From Raja brachyura (taxonomy: Eukaryota), in the NCBI GenBank assembly GCA_963514005.1, contig OY740818.1:15996001-16060000 (forward strand): a stretch of DNA of 64,000 nucleotides. The letters are read 5' to 3'. Below, in pieces: positions 50,201-59,200 of this stretch. Made by a program: the position numbers and the translations under genes. Every line of letters starts with the position of its first letter. The stretch's first letter is position 1. The notes beneath the pieces were generated by a model that made no database searches, was not told the DNA's origin, and saw only the letters and a list, made by a program, of their open reading frames with translations.

Positions 50201-53200
50201 CTTGCCTACTTAGTCAATGTCTTTAAATATAACAAAAGTGTCCAGAAGCGCAAAGTTCCAACATCAAATATATAATTTGAAAATAAATGCAGCTGAACTT
50301 TCAGGGGCAGGCAGCAATGGAATTAAAAATGCAAAAGGTCGACTTCAAAGGCTCCCAAGATGTCTCACAATGCTCTGCTAATGCAAACCAAATCAGTCGG
50401 TTTAACAGGAACAGACTAAGCCAAAGTGGATGAACAGTTGTGCGTTTCCCCAAATTCCTTCCATTCTTCACTCACAATCACTTAACATTTTCCCAATCTT
50501 AAAACAACTCAAACCTCAAATACCGAATTGTCAGCAACTTAAAACTGTCATCTCACTTTCCCATTCTATGTGGGATCACTGACCCAAAACTTTGATCAGG
50601 TTTCTCCCTCCATAGATGCTGCCTGGCCTGCTGAATGTTTCTACAGAGTTCGTTTTTTGTTTCAGATTTTCAGCATCTGCAGTTGTTTTAATATTTAGAG
50701 AACAATAAAGGAGATTGATCTTCTGTGTAGCACTCACACCAGTACTCGGACAAACTTTCTCAAAAGTGCAGAAAGTAAACTACTGGATGCCCAAATTAAT
50801 TGTTAAGACAGTGCAAATGACAGTTTCCCATTTATAAAAGGGGCATTTTCCATATATTGGGAAAATTCCAAAAGAACACTCAAGCCTCAATTTCCTGTCA
50901 AATAATGATTTAGTGTCACTGCAGCCTTTTAAATGTTATTTAAAATTCTGAACTCTTTGAGAAACATTAAATAAGCGTTGCCAGGCGCAAAGCAGTCAAA
51001 ACAAGATCATAATGCATACAAGCAAAGAAAACACACAAAAACAGGATGAAGTAAATTAAACACACAGCCCTATTTAAGCTAAAAGCCACCATGGAATCTA
51101 CGGAAAATAAAATATCAGTCTACCTTCTTCATACTGGTTCCCACAAAACTTTTGGCTTCTTCTTTAAATTGAGGTAACCTGCAGAACATTAACAAATGTT
51201 AGAAAGTTTCAGTAATAAGAGGCACAGATAAGTGAACGGTCACAACCTTTTCCCAGGGTAGAGTCTAGAAATAGAGGAATAAAGGGATTTGGCCGAATGC
51301 AGGCAAATGGGATTAGCATCGATTGCATTTTGTCAGCATGGACGAGTTGGGCCACAGAGCCTGCTTTCGTGCTGCACAAGTCTAGTAATACATAGACTTA
51401 TGAAAACACACAAGATAAATTACTTAGCAATATATACACCAATGTTAAAAACCACATGAAGTAGATTATTAGGCAAAGTGAGCAGGTGCTAGATCATGCA
51501 ATCCATGCATTGCTGCCCAAGTTTCATATTCCTTTAAGGACTAAAGCTGAGGGACCGAGTGTCTTTGTAATAAAGTGCAGCTGCCTTAAAATGAACCATG
51601 CAATATCGGAAAAATAAAGCAGAGATTTGGACAGACAAAATACACAATATTAAATTGATTATTAAAACCAATTTAAGATTACAAAAGAGAGAATGGACAG
51701 AACTCTCTGGATAAACTAAAGATATCAGTTTCTTCTCATAATTCATTGAATATCTGACAATAATCAGACTTTTTAAAGTAATGGTTTATCTTTTAAATGC
51801 TGCGCACCTACTGTCAATTAGTTTACAGTAATTCTCCACTGCTTTCTAAGATTTCTGTCCGAACAGCAGACATGGCTCCACTTCTTCTAGTAATTTATAA
51901 AAATTTGAAACCATATCTGGTCACCTGAACAGAAATCTTATTGACAGTGTGCATGCAACATTTTAAGAGAAATAATACTATTTTTATTTTTTTAAGTACA
52001 CAAAAAATGACACAGAAACATATATTACAGGGCTACAGCTGCATGCTAAAGAGACAGATCATGCCTGTAAAACCTTGTTTCCATTTTTTTTCCTGAGGCT
52101 GCAAAAGGAAGATAGATACTCCTTCACTGGGAAAAAGCACAAAGGGGTGGCAAAGTATAGCAGAGACTGTGGATAAGCATTTACAATGGACAAAATTTGA
52201 AATGCAGATCAATTTCTTGATCTTCAATATCAAAAGTATTACTTGCATTGGACACAAAATAATAGTGTCACTGGAAAAAACAGCAACTAATTTGTGTGGA
52301 ATGAAACATCATATATAGAGAGCTGGGAGGATCAGCTGGGCAGTAGCTACATCAAATGACCCTGCCAGCATAGTGCAGGCAATTCCAAATCCACTTGGTC
52401 ACGAACTTGCTAAGTCGCTCTCCAGATGGTCATCTTGGTGTGCAACGGGTACAATGCAACAGTATCACATTCTGCCACAATTAACATAGAAACTTAAATT
52501 TGAGACTCAGAATGAGTTGCAGAAGGAGCTGCAGATGAGATACTGGCTTACCCCCAGCTGATCCCGAGAATGAAGGTTAAGTTGCCCGGTTTATTGTGCT
52601 TTGAATAGATTAGGCAGCTGCTTTGAACTGACAAAATACCTGTGGATATCCAGTCCATTAAAGTCAGCTTACATTGTTCATACATATATAAACCACTGTG
52701 TCAGAGGACAAAATTGACCCAATACTAGTATATACAGCCTAATGGCTGGCTCAGTAATCTGGGAGGCAAAGGAGGTACGTGTCAGTGCAACTAGTGTAAA
52801 GCCAGAGAGAATGGAAGGAAGCTGTGAAATTCTGTGATAGAAGGCTAGGATGATAAAACTGTTTCTGAACAAAAACTCGGATTCAAACAAACCAAATAAT
52901 ATGTTCAAAAGGCAACATCACACCGATCTTCAAAGCATTTCACACCACTATAAACAAGAAAAAATTAACTCAATTCCAAATAATTATACCTTGACAATAC
53001 GACTGTTCAATTGAAAATTTAAGAGACCATTTTAGATCAATAGAAGTTTTATATTTGCACTGATGAAATCTAAACAATAATAATGAAACAAGTCCACTTT
53101 TTTGATATTAAGGTATCAACACACAAAATAGTTGCCCTTGGCTAGCCCCAAAGGAGAACTATGACAGGTTAATCTCAGTATTTCTACCTTGAGAACAGCA

Positions 53201-56200
53201 GCTGCACCATGTCTACCAGTGTGTGTTCAGCAGATTTCCTCAATAACTCTGCAGAGAGAAAAAACAAATAGCACAGGTGTCATTATGCATTGTGATATTA
53301 TCAAGAGGCTCCAACAAGTAGACCTCCCTCCTAGTTTTGTTTACTAAGGATTAAGCAGAGCTTATTAAACCATTTTAAATTAAACTCAATGCATTTGTCA
53401 GACACAAACAGAAGGAAGATGGCACTGCAGCACTGTCAGTCCTTGCGAGCAGCTGTCTATTTATCCCTTTACAGCACAAGATGCCCTTTTACTGCTTTTA
53501 ATATAAGGCACACATTTCTGAACACGCGTCCATTACTTATATAGTTCTAACAGACACAGATAAAGTCAAATTTTGATTAAATACAAAGCCATTTCTTAGC
53601 CATAACGTCGATTTTCTAAGACGTTAAAGTGAAGAAATGTTCTATCACAGAGGGTTAAATCTTCTACGGGCAGCTAGAATGGAAAACTTGGATCGTCATG
53701 ATGCTGCAAAGGTCCTTTAATGGCCTGTGTGGAATGCAACCAAACACTACACACCACCAACCAGCAATGCACCTTTTATGCAAAATATTTCTTATGCCAA
53801 CCACATTGCAGGTTAGTTAAATATCATGAAACAAATATTCCTAACATGAGGCACTATGAATTTGTTCCACTTGAGCTTAGTAATTTACCATAGGCACACT
53901 CACTTAACTTATTTAACTTAGTTATTTATATTTCCAAACACTATGCCTTTTATGAACCTAGTGGGATAAAAGTCCATACATTAAATCCAGCTGCAATAAA
54001 ATCTACTTTGCAACTAATTTTGCAAGAACTCCAAGAATTTAATATGGTTCCTCAATAAACAGCAAACAGCTAAACTGAGCAAGTGAACAGCATAGAAAGT
54101 GGTGACACCTTTTGAAAGTGGCTAGACCTTTTTAAAGCACAAATGGGATGGGCAAAGGATGAAGAGTGGCCATGAGAAAACACAAAATGTCCTGCCCGCA
54201 TTCCAACATAGCTTTAAGAATTTAGTCTGAGCAGTTAAGTGGGAACAAGTAGTTTGAGAGTAATTTAAGGGGGTAGATTGTCTGACCTGCAGTAACTAGT
54301 AGAACTCCCCTCCCTCATCACCACCACCACCCTTTATGTGTGAAGGCAACATTGAATCTACCATAGAGTCAGCCTACAAACCTGGAAGGAATTTCAATGG
54401 GAGTGAATGGGACGTTTCTTGCTGGTGCAGTTAATTTGCTAGAAGTTAAGTGGCTGGTGTGTTAGGTTGGATGATCCAGCCCATGAAATAAGTCTATCTG
54501 CGTCTAATTAAGAACTACTTACTCTGATTAGTTTAATGTTGCTACTGCTAATGTTGCAGACTACCTGCTCTGATCAGTTTAACTGTTAATTAAGCAGTGC
54601 TTTGCCCCAGTTTTATGCTTAGATTCTTTCAATTTAGTAAAACTACCAGCAAGAACAACTGATCACTCTTGTCTTTCCCACAAAATAATTATTGATTATG
54701 GAATGTCTTTGCAGCTTCAATCAATGACTGCTATAAAGTTCCATGTGTAATACTTAAAATATCTATCTCCTCCAATTCATGATTAAGACTGGTTTTATTC
54801 AAATAATTGTATCTAGATTTTATCACAAACTGTATGATAAGAGTGAAGGACACAGCATATCATCAGTACCTATCTATATAAACATCATTACAATTGTTTG
54901 GCACTATATACTCTTAAACTGTGGGCTACTTATGGTGCTGAGCTGCCGCAAAGAACATTGCGCCAATCTGCAGTATTTACTTTCACTACTTGCAAACTTC
55001 AGGGATATGTGCAGTCTGGTTAGGCAACTTGATCAGCATGGACGAGTTGGGCTGAAGGACTTGGCTTGGTGCCGCATAGATATACAAATCGAACATTTTT
55101 TAAAGGGGTGGATCTTCCGGTGAATTCAATCTGCACAGCTAAGGATGGAACAGGAAGCAAGCCACCAGGTTTCAGATCAATTGAAAAAGTGATACAGTTG
55201 TTAACCCACTGTGGGTGGTAGTCGAGCATCAGCAGAGTTGCTGCCTTAGTGCCAGGGACCCGGGTTTGATTCTGACTACGGGTGCTATCTGGATGGAGTT
55301 TGCACGTTCTCCCTGTGACCGTGTGGGTTTCTTCCCGGGTGCTCCGGTTTGTAGGTTAATTGGCCTCTGTAAATTGTCCCTAGTGTGTGGGATAGAACTA
55401 GTGTAGGGGATGATCGCTGGTTGGCGTGTACTCAGTGGATCGAAGGGCCTGTGTCCACTGTACATCTAGACTAAAAACTAAACTAAACTAAAGAGAAAAC
55501 CAGAAGAAAGGGGGAAGGTTCGCAAAGTGTATGGATTCTCATCCCGGGTCTTCATGCAGTCACACCTCACTCATCAACAAGACAGAGCACACTCCAAGTT
55601 GAGAGCAGGCTTTAAGATTGAAATTAGACTCCTGGGTTTGCTCTAATGGAAGCTTTTGCCCCTGTCCCACTTAGGAAACCTGAACGGAAACCTCTGGTGA
55701 CTTTGCGACCCACCCAAGGTTTCCGTGCGGTTCCCGGAGGTTTTTGTCAGTCTCCCTAATGGTCGAAAGTGGTTTGTGTTTTGAAAATCGGTAATTTTTT
55801 TGTCGAAGCCGGTTGCGATGCTAGTTGAAGGTGGTTGCCGGAGGACAAAAACCTTGGGTGGGGCGCAAACTCTCCAGAAGTATCCGTTCAGCTTTCCAAA
55901 GTGGGACAGGGGCATTACATCAATCCAATGGGCCAAATAGTCTCCTTCATACTATATCACAAAACACCATTCTCAAACACCTCAATAACACTTGACAGGC
56001 TTTTAAAATATTTTTAAGTGTCACTGATAGGGACATTCATAAACTATGTATATAGATTCAAATTATTAAAAAAATCAAAAGTCGATTAAAAATAAATCAA
56101 TCTATGTGGGATAAACTGCATGTGTGATCCGGTAAAGTTGCCAATTAATTACTTCACTTAGCCATCATAAAACAAGAATACAAAGTTAAAAAGATAATAG

Positions 56201-59200
56201 AGAAACAGGCACACAGCCAGGAAAACTCACCACTGAGCCTCATTTCGAAGCATATTCGAAAACATGACTGCATAATTTCACAAACAGATTCATTAGTCAG
56301 GTGAGCACCAACAGGGGTAAGGAGTAAGGTTCTCAAGACCTAAAAATGATAAAGCAAAATGTTCATGTTTCAATCCATGCAGCCATTCAATGCAAAACTT
56401 TTTCAGAAATAAACACAAATGTTTAATTCAAGAATTTATCCTACAGTATTAAAATAGATCAATCGGAATCCCATGTCAATTTTATAAACCTGCTGTGATA
56501 GCTCATCAACAAACCAATTTTAAAAGCGGAGATCAATATGCAATGTATTTTCAATTGGCCCTTTGAGCCAGCACTGCCATTCAATATGATCATGGCCGAT
56601 CATCTAAAATCAGTACCTCGTTCCTGCTTTTTCCCCATATCCCTTGGTTCCTTTAGCCCTAAGAGCTAAATCAAACTCTCTCTTGAAAACATCCAATGAA
56701 TTGTCCTCCACTGCCTTCTGTGGCAGAGAATTCCACCGATTCATAACTCTCTGGGTGAAATCGTTTTTCCTCATCTCAGTCCTAAATGGCTTACCCCATA
56801 TTCTTAAACTGTGACCCCTGGTTCTGGTATTCCCCAACATCCAGAACAATTTCCTGCATCTAGCCTGTCCAATCCTTTAAGAATGTTATATGTTTCTTTA
56901 AGATCCCGTCTTATCCTTCTAAATTCCAGTGAATACAAGCCCAGTCGACCCATTCTTTCATCATGTCAGTCCCGCCATCCCAGCAATTAACCTGGTGAAC
57001 CTACGCTGCACTCCCTCAATAGCAACAATGTCCTTCCTCAAGTTAGGAGACCAAAATTGCACACAATACTCCATGTGCGGTCTCATCAGGGCCCTGTACA
57101 ACTGCAGTCGGACCTCCTTGCTCCTAAACTCAAATCCTCTCACAATGAAGGCCAACATGACATTGCCGTTCTTCACTGCCTGCTGTACCTGTATGCTTAC
57201 TTTCAGTGACTGATGTACTCTGTCTGCCTCTATTGCCACTTGCAGGCTACTTCTACCTCAAGGTCTTCACTTGGTGTTTTTGGAAGTTGAAAGAGATGCT
57301 CATTTTGTATTCACTTTTGTGTTCATGTGGCTACCCTTTTAACTAATGTTTCAAGCAAAAGACGTAGAATCAGTTTTGTTGGGAGTAAGAGCTAGTTAGG
57401 AATATGAAGTCACCGATGTAAATCATATATCGGTACCCTAACAGTATTTGCATTGTAGGACAGAGCATGAATTTTAAAAAATGGAGAGTTGACAAATATA
57501 ACCTTTAGGACAAATCTGTCGATATTTGCTACAGTTACAGCAATAATACTGTGAGGAACCAACCAGAATCCGACGATTTGATATCTATTATTGTGCAGTC
57601 AGACAGGATTAATTTATCTTTAGCAAAAAATCCCCTCGGAATGATGAGTTTCAAATTCAGTTTATGTCCTACCGATGTGAGACTAACTGGTCAAAAATTT
57701 CCCATTTTCTTTCTCCCTCCTTTCTTAAAAAGTGGAGTTACATTGGCTACCCTCCGTCCACAGGAACGGATCCAGTCGAGAGAACATTGGAAAATGATCA
57801 CCAATGCATCCACGATTTCTAGGGCCACCTCCTTGAGTACTCTGGGATGCAGACCATCAGGCCCAGAGGATTTACCTACCTTCAGTCACAACAGTTTACC
57901 TAACACCATTTCCTGACTAATTGGATTCCCTTCAGTTCCTTCCTCCCCCAAGTATTTCTGGGAGGTTGTTTGTGTCTTCTTTAGTGAAGACAGAACCAAA
58001 GTACTAATTTAACTGTTATGTCATTTCCTTGTTTCCCATTATAAATTCACCCGTCTCAGATTGTAAGGGACCTACATTGGCCTTCACTAATCTTTTCCTT
58101 TTTACACGTATCGAAAGAAGCTTTTAGAGTCAGTTTTTATATTCCCCGCATGCTTTCTTTCATGCTCTTTCCCCCACCCTCTTAATTAACCCCTTTGTCC
58201 TCCTCTGTTGAGTTCTATATTTCTCCCAGTCCTCTGGTTTGCTGCTTCCTCTGGCCAATTTATATGCCTCTTCCTTGGATTTCGCACAATCCTTGATTTC
58301 CCTCGTTAGCCACGGTTGAGCCGCCTTCCCCGTTTTATTTTTTTGCCAGACAGGGATGAACAACTTTCATTAAATCTTTGCCATTGCATCTCCACCGTCA
58401 ACCGTTCAAGTATAATTTGCCCGTCTATCCTAGCCAATTCCCGTCTCATATCTTCAAAGTCTCCTTTCTTTAAGTTCAGATACCCCAATATTGCAATAAT
58501 TTTAAAGAGCATTTTCAATCAAAAGCTGAAATGTATTTTGTTAGTACTTTGGTTACATGTAAACTTAATTTCAGTTTAAGTTCTTTTTAAATTATTGTAT
58601 TCCTTTTGCTCACCACACATCATTTCAAGAGAAGGTTTATGCCTCTATTCCCAGTCTCAGAGAGCATTTCATGCACCATGGGTAGTATGCAAGAATATTT
58701 CAGATTTCCCATTTTCTCCTACTATTGAAATGATTCAAAATAAAACAAACAGACATTTTGAATTTATCACAAACCAATGCAGCCTACACCACTCAGGGCC
58801 CAAAGTTAAAAGTTGCACTCGCAACAAATAACCCCAATTCTCAGTAAATTCAAGACTAGAAATGCAAAATTGTACTTAAAATTCAGCACTAATTGGATCC
58901 AAAAAGTTTTCACGATGCAGATTACTCTTCTCAGGTTGGTGTTTATTGTAGTTGCTCATGGAGAAAAAAAAAAATCACTCCACGCTATATTTGCAACTCA
59001 AATAAACACTTACTTTAAATAAATGTAAAATATTAGCCGTTTGCATTTTCTGTATCAAAAACAATTTAAACAAGATGACAAAGGTCATCCATATTTCAGC
59101 CATGGTGAAGCACCATGCATTACATAACTATTTGTGCTTGTCATTATGCTGCATCCCTGAACCACATTGAATCCAGTGGCACAGTCCAGCTTGCTCAAAG

